Shown: positions 38,402-47,403 of the stretch, piece after piece
How positions within the stretch are numbered: position 1 is the stretch's first letter
Layout of the letters: every line of letters starts with the position of its first letter
Source of the DNA: a virus
Taxonomy: Duplodnaviria > Caudoviricetes
Reading direction: 5' to 3' (one strand)
DNA: 64,000 nucleotides
IMG/VR virus record: IMGVR_UViG_3300021400_000057
Span: 1 to 64,000 of that record
Position numbers and translations under genes: made by a program
The notes under the pieces: model-generated
Database searches by the model: none
What the model saw: the letters and a program-made list of their open reading frames with translations, nothing else
What the model was told of the DNA's origin: nothing

Positions 38402-38430
38402 TTGACTCATTATGGAGACTAGGTTAAGAT
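38402..38430 (+). promoter_or_regulatory. Sigma70-type early promoter with operator-like palindrome
   Basis: TTGACT-17 bp-TAAGAT; GACTC-N6-GAGAC at 38404-38419; near-identical to the 30722 promoter. Confidence 0.75.
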
Positions 38431-38529
38431 GTGTACGCTGGTCTTGGAAAACCACCCTTGTTCTCATATTATAACATGGGGTGTCAAGTACAGGACAAAT
38501 AATAATATTTTTTATAGGAGGTCATGTAA

Positions 38530-39147
38530 ATGGCAAAGGTAATCAAGAAGTCTATGTCGGCAAAGTCTCTGGTCAGTCCGAAGGGTTACGCTCTTTGGGC
38601 AAAGGTCGGAAAGCGTATTGACGAATACGAGGGCAAGAAGAAGCTCGTCGTCAATATGTACTTCGATGACGAAACCGAGGCGAAGATGAAGAAACTCTGC
38701 GACAAGTATCTTGCTGACGCAAAGAAGTCCGAGGAGTTTCAGGGCAAGAACTGGCGTCCCGGCAATGACCGCTGTGGGTACGAGATTCGGAACATCAAGG
38801 TGGACGGCGAGGAAAAGGAAAAGGCGCTGTTCAAGTTCTGGACTGGTGCAACCACCACGGATGATTCTGGGAACACGCACAAGAAGATTCTGCCTATCTT
38901 CTCCGTTGAGCAGAACAAGACTATCAATCCCTATGAGACAGAGATTGGTAACGGGTCTGAAATTCGCGTATCCTTCCGCCCCGAAGCGTACTGGACGAGC
39001 CGCGACAGCAATGGTATCTCCCTCTATCTGAACAAGATGGTGGTTGATAAGCTGGTCACGTTCAGTAGCGACGGCTTTAGCGAGTTCGGTATCGAAGCCG
39101 ACAGTAACAATGGATTCAGCGATGACGAAGAAGATGTCCCTATCTGA
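38530..39147 (+). CDS. Single-stranded DNA-binding protein (T7 gp2.5-like)
   Basis: SPKG.A.WA, EIGNGSEIRV and ISLYLNKMVV motifs; acidic tail DDEEDVPI. Confidence 0.8.
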   Translation: MAKVIKKSMSAKSLVSPKGYALWAKVGKRIDEYEGKKKLVVNMYFDDETEAKMKKLCDKYLADAKKSEEFQGKNWRPGNDRCGYEIRNIKVDGEEKEKALFKFWTGATTTDDSGNTHKKILPIFSVEQNKTINPYETEIGNGSEIRVSFRPEAYWTSRDSNGISLYLNKMVVDKLVTFSSDGFSEFGIEADSNNGFSDDEEDVPI

Positions 39148-39163
39148 TTGGCGGTGAACGACG

Positions 39164-39355
39164 TTGCATGAAGTTGATGTGATACGACTTACAGCTTGTA
39201 AGAGGCGGCTTGAAGGAATCTTGGTGCTAATTGGCAATATCGCCGATGTCAATGATTGCCCAGAATTGGAAATCGTGCATGATTCTTTGATGAATACGAT
39301 TACCGAAATGAGAGCCGCATTGCGTACAAATGGCGAAGACTTGGAGCAACTGTAA
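39164..39355 (+). CDS. Hypothetical protein
   Basis: TTG start; tightly packed. Confidence 0.55.
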   Translation: MHEVDVIRLTACKRRLEGILVLIGNIADVNDCPELEIVHDSLMNTITEMRAALRTNGEDLEQL

Positions 39356-39647
39356 GAAAGGCGCGTGGCTGGCAAAGGAGTTTTTCAGCAAGCGCGGCGA
39401 GAATGTGTTTGCGGGTGGTAAGCCGTCACAACAATATTGGAGAGTCAAGAAATTCTTTGACGGACAGTCAGAGGAACATCTTGACCTTATCCATGAATAC
39501 TTGGAGAGTGTGACGGCTCTCTCCCCAAGCATAAGCATGACTGATTTATTCCAGTTAGCTAAACGGTGGTCTTTCGAGAGTAAGAAAACGAAGGTTCGCG
39601 AAACTGAAACCTATGACTATCTTAAAGCATTGGAGGAAATACCATGA
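39330..39647 (+). CDS. Hypothetical protein
   Basis: 105 aa; ATGA coupling to the next gene. Confidence 0.65.
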   Translation: MAKTWSNCKKGAWLAKEFFSKRGENVFAGGKPSQQYWRVKKFFDGQSEEHLDLIHEYLESVTALSPSISMTDLFQLAKRWSFESKKTKVRETETYDYLKALEEIP

Positions 39648-39829
39648 ACAACGAAAAGATGTGGGCAGTCTTGGACGTAATCAAGGCAACAGCTACCCTG
39701 CTTGGCGTTTGCGGTGCAATTCTTTTTTCGGTGGATGTCCTGTTTGGTACGGATTTACTTTCCATCGAAAAAGTGGTTGCATTGGCGATTCTTCTTGAAT
39801 CGACTTACGCATTGCGCTTTGTAGTGTAG
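39644..39829 (+). CDS. Small membrane protein
   Basis: Two hydrophobic helices; GGAGG RBS. Confidence 0.65.
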   Translation: MNNEKMWAVLDVIKATATLLGVCGAILFSVDVLFGTDLLSIEKVVALAILLESTYALRFVV

Positions 39830-39847
39830 TTTTTTTATTGCCTAAAT

Positions 39848-39867
39848 GTCCCATAATAGGGACTAGG
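39848..39867. promoter_or_regulatory. Third operator-like palindrome
   Basis: GTCCC-ATAATA-GGGAC-TAGG in an intergenic gap. Confidence 0.6.
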
Positions 39868-39880
39868 CACACGAAAGGAA

Positions 39881-40237
39881 GTGGTGATTATAGTTAAGGA
39901 GTTGATTCTTGCAGGGTTATTGGTAGGTTATCATGCGATAGCCAGTGCTGAATGTGTCACGCAAGTCATGGAGATTAGCGCATACACATCAAACTATGAC
40001 GAATGTGGTGATGATGAAGGAGTTACGGCAAGCGGAGAGGTAGCAATACCTTATCTGACCTGTGCCGCAGACCATTTGCCATTCGGTACGGTGGTTATTG
40101 TAGACGGGCAAGAGTGGATAGTAATGGATAGGTTTGGCGCTGGATACGAAGATAAACTAGACCTTCACATGACCACAAAAGATGAGTGCTTTGAGTTCGG
40201 TAGGCAAATTAAGGAGGTTTTAATTTGCTATGAGTAA
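39881..40237 (+). CDS. 3D (Asp-Asp-Asp) domain protein
   Basis: SAYT, TASG, AAD.LPFGT and DR.G....KLDL motifs; hydrophobic N-terminus. Confidence 0.88.
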   Translation: MVIIVKELILAGLLVGYHAIASAECVTQVMEISAYTSNYDECGDDEGVTASGEVAIPYLTCAADHLPFGTVVIVDGQEWIVMDRFGAGYEDKLDLHMTTKDECFEFGRQIKEVLICYE

Positions 40238-40385
40238 GGACACGCTAAAAGGATACTTTGATGAAGTTGGGGGATACCACGAAGACGGTTGTGGTAACGC
40301 CCCAGACGGCGAGTTCTGTGGTGAATGTTCCAAGCTATCGTGTGCAGATTGCCCGGTTTGGAAGAAAGGTAGTGACAACAAATGA
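40230..40385 (+). CDS. Small Cys-rich protein (not in ORF track)
   Basis: MSKDTLKGYF...CGECSKLSCADCPVW, 51 aa; AAGGAGG RBS; ATGA overlap. Confidence 0.65.
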   Translation: MSKDTLKGYFDEVGGYHEDGCGNAPDGEFCGECSKLSCADCPVWKKGSDNK

Positions 40386-40834
40386 ATAAGTACAAAGACA
40401 TTTTGAAGATTCTTGGTATCAAGTTCAACGCGCCGTATACGCTGAAGATGGCTGATACAGGACTTGTCATTGCAAAGAGCGTTGTGTTTCAGCGCGATGG
40501 AAAGATTGTCGATGAGAATAACGCTGATTGTACGGTACAGCTTGCAGGGATTGTGCGTGGCGACATCTTGGCAATCTCGCTTTTGCCAGACGCGCCATTC
40601 CCGAATTATGGCGACGAGTATTGGTACGTCCGAATCAAGGACGGTGGACAGAAGTTGTCTACGTTCATTGAAACCTTCGATGGATTCAATCTTGACTACG
40701 AGCATTTTATGACAGGTAATTGCTTCCGTACCAAAGAGGAAGCGGAGAAACACAAAGAGGAAATTGCACGAAAGCTCATTTCCTTCTACGAGAAACGTGG
40801 TGAATCATGCGTTAACGAGGGTGAGGCTGTATGA
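40382..40834 (+). CDS. Hypothetical phage protein
   Basis: P.YGDEYWY...GNCFRTKEEAE motif common in phages. Confidence 0.7.
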   Translation: MNKYKDILKILGIKFNAPYTLKMADTGLVIAKSVVFQRDGKIVDENNADCTVQLAGIVRGDILAISLLPDAPFPNYGDEYWYVRIKDGGQKLSTFIETFDGFNLDYEHFMTGNCFRTKEEAEKHKEEIARKLISFYEKRGESCVNEGEAV

Positions 40835-42831
40835 ATATCGTAGATGCCCTGCGTGGGAAAAGCCTTATTGAGTACATACCAGACCTAAAGGCTTACTCTG
40901 ACGGGACATACCGATGCCCATGCCCGATTCACGAAGGACACAACGAGAGTGCGTTTGCTGTATTCCCGGACAGTAATCGGTTTTACTGCTTCGCTTGCGG
41001 TGCGTCAGGCGACATTATTCGGTTCGTCATGGAAAGGGATAAGGTTTCTTTTGATATGGCGATACAGACGCTTGCAGATGACTTCAATTTGACTATCGAA
41101 GTCGATGACAAGTACACCAGTATCAAGCAACTGTCTGACCGAAATTTATCATGGGCTAGGCAGATGCGTAGACAGACAGAGAAAGTCAAAGGTTACCTGT
41201 ATGAACGTGGTTTGACTGACGAGACAATCAATAACTATTTCATTGGGTACACAGAGAAGAAGTCGGCAATCGCAATACCGATGTTCGACCAGTACAAACG
41301 TATCGCAGGGTTCTTGTATCGGTTCTTTGAGCAGAAACCCAAGTATAAGAACAGCAAGAACGTCGATGGTTTGTTTGTAAAAGGCGAGTTCCTATTTGGG
41401 ATACCGCAAGCTATCAAGCATTTGAAGGAAACTAACACGCTTATGCTTTGCGAGGGTGCATTTGATTGTATGAGTGCGGTACAGCAAGGATTATGTTGCG
41501 TAGCCTATTGCGGTATCAGCGTCACAGCAAAGCATATTGAAGCAATTAAGAGGCTCATAGCGCCGATTAAAAACGCTAAGGTAGTGTTATGCCCGGATGC
41601 AGACGGAAAAGCCTCCAAGTTCGTTCTACGGGCGCGAGAATTATTCCGTAAGCACGCTCCAAAGGTGGTCGTAAAGGTTGCGGTTATCCCTGAAGGATAC
41701 AAAGATTTCAACGATATGTTGGTGGGCGGCAAGGATATAGCCAAAGATTGCACATACGAGAATCTTGACTTGTATTGTGCAAAGCAAGTTATAGCCGAAG
41801 TAGACGATACAGAGGTTCAAGAACGTAATGCGATAGAGTTTTGCAGGACAGTAGCTAATCCTGTCGTTAAAGCTGATATTGCAGAGTACCTCGCAAACCT
41901 TTGGAAACGCTCTACATCAATCGTCAAGGAGCTTTTGAGCGTACAGGACGATACGACAGAGGAAAAGCTAAGTCACATTCAGACGATTGACAAGGCTTAT
42001 ACGGCATTAGAAAGGAAACAGGTAGAGGAAACCTTTGGGATAGGCTTTCAGCACATCGACGAGACGGTGCAATTTGCACGGAAATCAGTGGTTATCTTGG
42101 GAGCGTATAGCTTCTCTGGTAAGAGCGATAATCTGATTGAATGGCTTTTGTACTGGTGCATTATCCTCAAAAAGAAATGCTTGTTCTTTTCTCTGGAAAT
42201 GCCAGTCGAAGATGTGATGAAGATAATCATTGCGAAGGTCTGTCAGATTCCTAGATATACGGTGCAAACCTACATCAAGGAACATACGGATACCTACCAA
42301 ATGATTATCGACAAGTTGAAAGAGTACCTCTACATCGTAGATGAGAACACATTGTCTCTTGACGAGATTGCGGATTACACAAGGCTTATTAAGGGGCGTG
42401 GGGTAGACATCGACATCGTTGCCGTTGATTATTTCCAGTATCTCAAACGCACACAGAGCGTCGAGGAACAGGAAAACACAGCGAAGCAAATGAAAGCTAT
42501 CGCTAAATCCCTTGACGTTACGCTTGTTATGTTGAGTCAGCTTCGGAAATCCTCACAAAGCAAAGAAGCAAATGGGAAGTTCCATGAGCCGACGCAAGCT
42601 GACCTTGCAGGAGCAGGGGGTATCGGAAACAGTGGCGACTATATTTTCCTGATATGGCGACCAGCATTAAACTCGGAGCTTTCGCCTATCGACAGGGAGA
42701 AAACCAAGTACGATACGATGCTAAAAATTACGAAAGCAAGGGAAGTACGCAACGGCAATACGATATTTACATTGCGGTATGACCCTAATACGTCGCGGAT
42801 TACAGAAAAGGTAGAACAGGAGGAGTCATAA
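40831..42831 (+). CDS. Primase-helicase (zf-CHC2 + TOPRIM + DnaB-like)
   Basis: CPCPIH...YCFACG, CEGAFD, DADGK, Walker A GAYSFSGKS, VDYFQ and LSQL motifs. Confidence 0.95.
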   Translation: MNIVDALRGKSLIEYIPDLKAYSDGTYRCPCPIHEGHNESAFAVFPDSNRFYCFACGASGDIIRFVMERDKVSFDMAIQTLADDFNLTIEVDDKYTSIKQLSDRNLSWARQMRRQTEKVKGYLYERGLTDETINNYFIGYTEKKSAIAIPMFDQYKRIAGFLYRFFEQKPKYKNSKNVDGLFVKGEFLFGIPQAIKHLKETNTLMLCEGAFDCMSAVQQGLCCVAYCGISVTAKHIEAIKRLIAPIKNAKVVLCPDADGKASKFVLRARELFRKHAPKVVVKVAVIPEGYKDFNDMLVGGKDIAKDCTYENLDLYCAKQVIAEVDDTEVQERNAIEFCRTVANPVVKADIAEYLANLWKRSTSIVKELLSVQDDTTEEKLSHIQTIDKAYTALERKQVEETFGIGFQHIDETVQFARKSVVILGAYSFSGKSDNLIEWLLYWCIILKKKCLFFSLEMPVEDVMKIIIAKVCQIPRYTVQTYIKEHTDTYQMIIDKLKEYLYIVDENTLSLDEIADYTRLIKGRGVDIDIVAVDYFQYLKRTQSVEEQENTAKQMKAIAKSLDVTLVMLSQLRKSSQSKEANGKFHEPTQADLAGAGGIGNSGDYIFLIWRPALNSELSPIDREKTKYDTMLKITKAREVRNGNTIFTLRYDPNTSRITEKVEQEES

Positions 42832-43038
42832 GTGGACGGTCAACGAGTAGTTATTAAAATCCAACGCCCACGAGGGGTAAAGTTTTTTTCGACGGACTTG
42901 CGGAATACACAAGGAACAATCGTTGCTTCTATCAGCACTGGCGGGGCGATGATTTTGTGTGACGCAGACCATAACCCGTGGGCTTTTTCCGAAGAAGAAT
43001 ATGAAATTATTGACGACGAGAAAAAGGTGGTGTCGTAA
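42832..43038 (+). CDS. Small SH3/KOW-like protein, paralog 1
   Basis: GQRVVIKIQRP...GTIV...LCDAD..WAF..EYEI. Confidence 0.7.
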   Translation: MDGQRVVIKIQRPRGVKFFSTDLRNTQGTIVASISTGGAMILCDADHNPWAFSEEEYEIIDDEKKVVS

Positions 43039-43248
43039 GTGAGGAGAGGGCAACGTGTAGTTATCAAAGTTGAGAGGCCGCAAGGAGATTTTGATTTTCC
43101 GATAAACCTCAAAGACACAAAGGGCATAATTATCCGAGAGATTTTGTCAGACACTATTGATGGCGCTCTCATTCTGTGTGAGGCTGACGATTGTATTTGG
43201 GCGTTCAAGCCGTCAGAGTACGAGGTTATAAGCGAGGAGGATAGTTAA
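43039..43248 (+). CDS. Small SH3/KOW-like protein, paralog 2
   Basis: Clear paralog of the preceding gene. Confidence 0.7.
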   Translation: MRRGQRVVIKVERPQGDFDFPINLKDTKGIIIREILSDTIDGALILCEADDCIWAFKPSEYEVISEEDS

Positions 43249-43485
43249 ATGTCATACGGTAACTTATTTCATGAACTTCGCGATAACGCTTTCGATAGTG
43301 TCTTGGATGACTATGCTGTGTGGGATAGGACAGGCGTTATCCCGGATGGAGGAGTTCTTGCTAAGATTCGGGATAATTACTGCGGACAATTTGACGTACA
43401 TGGCTTAATGGTTATGGAACGACATCTTCTCAATGAGTGTGTTATTCGTTTGCAGAGACAGTATAAACAGCAGAAAGGAGTGTAA
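43249..43485 (+). CDS. Hypothetical protein
   Basis: 78 aa; RBS GGAGG. Confidence 0.65.
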   Translation: MSYGNLFHELRDNAFDSVLDDYAVWDRTGVIPDGGVLAKIRDNYCGQFDVHGLMVMERHLLNECVIRLQRQYKQQKGV

Positions 43486-43487
43486 CG

Positions 43488-44429
43488 ATGCCAGCAGTAG
43501 GTTTCAAATGCCCGAATGATATGGGCTTTGCTTATTGGAAGAATGATTATGCAGAGCAGAAATGTAGCCATTGCCCGAATCCTTGTATGGCGCGTCCTGC
43601 ATTACAGGCGGCGGCACAGCAAAGACCGTGGAAGGGGAAGCCGAGCGTGACGCAGTTGATTCAGCCAACACTTCCTACTTATCTTGCTATCGTCAAGGAT
43701 TACTTCATTGAGCCGATGGGGACAATCGCTTCGATGATTGGCACAAACAGCCACCAAGCGTTTGAAAACGCACAGCCTAACAACTGGCTTGCCGAGGTAC
43801 GGCTTGAAGATGACATTACAAGTGGTCAGTTCGATGCCTATGACACTACGACGAAAACCCTTTGGGACTGGAAATTCTTTGGAGCTTTCCGCATTGCGAA
43901 AGCTCTTGGGTATACCCCTCGATGGACGAAGAAAATCATTACGAGAGGCAAGAACAAAGGGCAGGAAAAGTGGGAACAAGTCTTTGAGTATGGCGGTGTC
44001 CGTGATATTCGAGAGATTGCGATACAGTTGAATTACTACCGCTATCTTATGGAGAAGCAGGGGCTTGAAGTCAAGAACATCAAGGTCAATATGTTTATCC
44101 GTGGCGGTCTTGATGCAACTGCAAAGCGTTATGGACTGACACAGCCAGCCTATATCGTTCCTATCAATTTCATCAGCAAGCAATGGGTACGCAAGTACAT
44201 GGTGATGAAGTACGATGCGCTTATGAGGGCGCTAGAGGAATACGAGCGTGAAGGCGTTGGCGTGCCGGACTTCATTCCAAGCTGTCTGTCCACTTGCAAC
44301 AAGCGTGACAGGTGGGATAACTCCAAGACTTATCCTGATAGGAAGTGCCGTGACTGGTGTAACGTCCATGAGTTCTGTCCATACTGGCAGGAGAATTATG
44401 GCGGTGCGGCGGGTTTCCTTGCCGATTAG
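43488..44429 (+). CDS. PD-(D/E)XK Cas4-like exonuclease
   Basis: GQFDAYD..LWDWK and QLNYY motifs; C-terminal C..C.....C cluster. Confidence 0.8.
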   Translation: MPAVGFKCPNDMGFAYWKNDYAEQKCSHCPNPCMARPALQAAAQQRPWKGKPSVTQLIQPTLPTYLAIVKDYFIEPMGTIASMIGTNSHQAFENAQPNNWLAEVRLEDDITSGQFDAYDTTTKTLWDWKFFGAFRIAKALGYTPRWTKKIITRGKNKGQEKWEQVFEYGGVRDIREIAIQLNYYRYLMEKQGLEVKNIKVNMFIRGGLDATAKRYGLTQPAYIVPINFISKQWVRKYMVMKYDALMRALEEYEREGVGVPDFIPSCLSTCNKRDRWDNSKTYPDRKCRDWCNVHEFCPYWQENYGGAAGFLAD

Positions 44430-44456
44430 TCTCACATTGAGGACGGTGATGATTAA

Positions 44457-44714
44457 ATGATTGAACGTACAGATTTGACCGTTACAATCTTTGCCTTGCG
44501 CTATGCGGCAAACAGATTGTCGTATGCTCCCGGTCTTGTATGCGACTATATCATTGGTCGTATTCCACAGATGGATGAGCAACAGCGAGAGCAGATGCAA
44601 AAAGAAGTTGAAACAATCATACGTTACCATGAGTACGCCGACAACATAGCACTCATGGATTTGATGAAGTTACAGACGGCACTAAAGGAGAGTGACAAAC
44701 GTGAAGGAGATTAA
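44457..44714 (+). CDS. Hypothetical protein (FALRYA family)
   Basis: Paralog of 44954-45205. Confidence 0.7.
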   Translation: MIERTDLTVTIFALRYAANRLSYAPGLVCDYIIGRIPQMDEQQREQMQKEVETIIRYHEYADNIALMDLMKLQTALKESDKREGD

Positions 44715-44949
44715 ACGCTGTCCGTTTTGCGGCGGTACAGCAAAGTTGAGTGTGCGTGAGCGTAGTTTCAATGGATACAACGCAGATGGCACAAGGAAAA
44801 GAACACACTTCATTCAGGTCATTTGCAACAAATGTCATGCACGGGGCGGCACATTGGCTATCAACCTTGAAAAGAGTAGGTGGTACGAAGTGCCAAGCAA
44901 AGAGGATGAGGATAAGGCAATCGACCTCTGGAATCGAAGGGCGGTGTAG
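44701..44949 (+). CDS. Lar-like restriction alleviation protein
   Basis: KRCPFCGG.A...ICNKC...AIDLWNRR. Confidence 0.8.
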   Translation: MKEIKRCPFCGGTAKLSVRERSFNGYNADGTRKRTHFIQVICNKCHARGGTLAINLEKSRWYEVPSKEDEDKAIDLWNRRAV

Positions 44950-44953
44950 TTCA

Positions 44954-45205
44954 GTGTCGATACCAAAAAATGAGCGTGACGTGCTTGCTTTTGCATTGCG
45001 ATACGCACTTCCGCGCCGCACAGGTGTAGCCAGAACAGTGTGTGAATACATCGCACAGCAGATACCACGCATGGACGACATAGACAAACAAGATATGAAA
45101 GAGGAAGTTCATGGCTTGTTCAAGTCGTGTGCCGATGATTACGCCAGAATATGTGCTATGAATCTTTTGAAAGACTTGGAAAAATCACGAATAAAGGAGA
45201 GATAA
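44954..45205 (+). CDS. Hypothetical protein (FALRYA family)
   Basis: VLAFALRYALPRRTG..VCEYI; probable GTG start. Confidence 0.65.
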   Translation: MSIPKNERDVLAFALRYALPRRTGVARTVCEYIAQQIPRMDDIDKQDMKEEVHGLFKSCADDYARICAMNLLKDLEKSRIKER

Positions 45206-45207
45206 AG

Positions 45208-45807
45208 ATGAATTTCAAAGTTGGCGATGATGTTTATTTTTACGACGGCAACGCAAAGACGCATGGAACTGTCGTGAATATCGAAGGGATTTTTGCGAAG
45301 GTTCGTGTGTGTTCCGCTGTCTATAAAAAGCCTATCTTCAAGGTGATACTGATGTCCAATCTTGTGCTTAATGATAAAGCCACGAAGCCCAAGCCGACGA
45401 AGCTGGAAGAAATGATTGACCACCAAGCCGAGCAAGATGCAAAGGAACGCCGTTCCAAAGATTTGCGTGGCGGCACGGCAAAGGACGCTACGCATTATCA
45501 GAGGGCGGCAATGCAACCGATTGAGATAATGCAACGCTTCCTGACCCGCGAGGAGTTTATCGGATTCCTGAAAGGTAACATCATCAAGTACAAAGCACGG
45601 GCGGCTTTTAAGGGAAGCAGGAAAGAGGATATGCAGAAAACCAAACAGTATGCGTACTGGTTGGCAATGGCAGAAGCAGGAGTTTCGATTGATGCCAAGC
45701 GTGATAGCGTACCCGACAACTTTCACATGAAAACTACGTTTGACATCAGCCATAACTACTCTGATAGACAACTGATTATGGGAGGTAAATACGATGGCAA
45801 TGAGTAA
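45208..45807 (+). CDS. KOW-like domain + DUF3310 (T7 gp1.7-like) protein
   Basis: HYQ....PIE........FLKGNIIKYK.RA..KG...D motif. Confidence 0.8.
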   Translation: MNFKVGDDVYFYDGNAKTHGTVVNIEGIFAKVRVCSAVYKKPIFKVILMSNLVLNDKATKPKPTKLEEMIDHQAEQDAKERRSKDLRGGTAKDATHYQRAAMQPIEIMQRFLTREEFIGFLKGNIIKYKARAAFKGSRKEDMQKTKQYAYWLAMAEAGVSIDAKRDSVPDNFHMKTTFDISHNYSDRQLIMGGKYDGNE

Positions 45808-46399
45808 AACACGACAGATGTTCCCTGCTGGAACATGGGTAAAGGCAAAGTATAATGGCGGTATCTTCATTGGCACTGTCAAGGTTGCTCCGCCGACTGG
45901 CGAGAATAGCAACAAACGATATGTGTACTTCAACAAGATGTTTGACAAGCAAAGCGGTAAGTTTGAGCGAATCAGCACGCACGGAGAATGGGTGTATGTC
46001 AATAACCTCAAAGAAGTGGATGTCGAAACGGAGACTGATAATACACTTGTCATTACAGTCAATGATACTACGCGCAAGACCACGTTGCGGGACAGTAACA
46101 ATCGCAAGGTTGTAGCTCGTTGCCATCCTGATGATAAGTTCTCTGAAAAGATTGGCGTATCCGTTGTTTTGTCTAGGTACTATGACGGCTTTGCTGATGG
46201 CGACCATATTTATTCTGTCGAAGCGAATGGACAAATCGGAGACATTGTGTACCACAAAGACAAGATGAATCCCAAACTGAAATCCGAGCTTGAAACGCGC
46301 TTGGCTCTTGGCAATGTGTTTGCCAACAGGCGCAATGCGGAGGTAGCCGCTAAAAAAATCGCAAGCGTATTCAGCGACAATGCGAGGACGTTGCCATGA
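45794..46399 (+). CDS. Hypothetical protein
   Basis: 201 aa; ARCHPDDKF motif; GGAGG RBS. Confidence 0.7.
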   Translation: MAMSKTRQMFPAGTWVKAKYNGGIFIGTVKVAPPTGENSNKRYVYFNKMFDKQSGKFERISTHGEWVYVNNLKEVDVETETDNTLVITVNDTTRKTTLRDSNNRKVVARCHPDDKFSEKIGVSVVLSRYYDGFADGDHIYSVEANGQIGDIVYHKDKMNPKLKSELETRLALGNVFANRRNAEVAAKKIASVFSDNARTLP

Positions 46400-46653
46400 G
46401 AAACGCCATGAAAGTCAGGTGGGACAGCGAGAAAGACGCTTGGCTTGTTGCGAGGCTTCACAAACAAAGCTGTATCAACTGGACTACGGTATCTGATGAG
46501 TTCCATAAAGCGTTCAATGTTTGCTATCCTGTCGGGCGGCTGATGAGGCGATGGCGCGAATTGAAGTGTCAGATAGGTTTCGACATTCAAAAGCGGAGAG
46601 GGGGTAGATGCTGTGGAATTACGCTTGACAGTTCCCATTGCTCCGAGTGTTAA
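46396..46653 (+). CDS. Small Myb/HTH-like protein
   Basis: WDSEKD.WL...NWT.V...RW pattern. Confidence 0.5.
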   Translation: MRNAMKVRWDSEKDAWLVARLHKQSCINWTTVSDEFHKAFNVCYPVGRLMRRWRELKCQIGFDIQKRRGGRCCGITLDSSHCSEC

Positions 46654-47002
46654 TGCCATGTACTTCACGACCAAATTTGGGAAACGTGTGCGTACAAAGA
46701 AGGCAAAGGAATGGTTTGAAGAAGCCGAGGCGATTACGCGAAAGGCTATCGAAGAACAGGGCTGGAAAAAGACGGAAGGTCAGAAGGTCGTAGTCAATGT
46801 GTTGACTATGTGGGGCGATAAGAGACGGAGAGACACTAACAATCTTTCCAAAAGCCTTGCAGATATGCTTGAACACGCAGGGGTTTACGACGATGATTTC
46901 TATGCCCTTATCAGATACATCGACTTCGGCGTTGACAAAGACAATCCGCGAATGGAAATGGTTATCAAACCGTTTACAAAAAAAGAAAGATGGAAGGGGT
47001 GA
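46613..47002 (+). CDS. rusA: RusA-like Holliday junction resolvase
   Basis: PSVN; RRDTNNLSKSLADML..GVY.DD motif. Confidence 0.9.
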   Translation: MELRLTVPIAPSVNAMYFTTKFGKRVRTKKAKEWFEEAEAITRKAIEEQGWKKTEGQKVVVNVLTMWGDKRRRDTNNLSKSLADMLEHAGVYDDDFYALIRYIDFGVDKDNPRMEMVIKPFTKKERWKG

Positions 47003-47006
47003 TAGC

Positions 47007-47252
47007 ATGAAGGAGCTTGCGGTCAATGAGTTGGCTAAATTTGCAAAGATGAGGAATACGGCTGTCAAGAAAGATGCCGATTATCACGTTGTCGATTACA
47101 TGGCTGAACGTCAGCGCAAAGAAGCCCAAAGGAAAGCGAAGTACGACAACAGTGGGAAGGAATACTACGAAGCAAAAGCGCGTAGGCGTAACTTACAGGA
47201 GGCAGACGATGACGAAGAAGGAAGCGACAGCACTGATACAAGCACTGTCTAA
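47007..47252 (+). CDS. Hypothetical protein
   Basis: Probable ATG 47007 with RBS. Confidence 0.6.
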   Translation: MKELAVNELAKFAKMRNTAVKKDADYHVVDYMAERQRKEAQRKAKYDNSGKEYYEAKARRRNLQEADDDEEGSDSTDTSTV

Positions 47253-47391
47253 AGCGCGTAATATTTGCGCGTCGAATATCAAGAACGATTGCGCTGGGTG
47301 TCCATTGAAATTGAGTAACGAAGAAGAAAAATACAACTGTATGATTCGTTACGATGACCGCCCGTGTGATTGGATTCTTGCAATATATTAA
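47209..47391 (+). CDS. Small Cys-rich hypothetical protein
   Basis: AGGAGG RBS; C...CAGCPL...C motif. Confidence 0.6.
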   Translation: MTKKEATALIQALSKARNICASNIKNDCAGCPLKLSNEEEKYNCMIRYDDRPCDWILAIY

Positions 47392-47403
47392 GGAGTGATG
47401 CTA

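Noticed and set aside
38463-38487. Perfect TTGACA and TATAAT on the minus strand facing the repressor
   Set aside because: The spacer is only 8 bp, incompatible with a sigma70 promoter, so it was not called.
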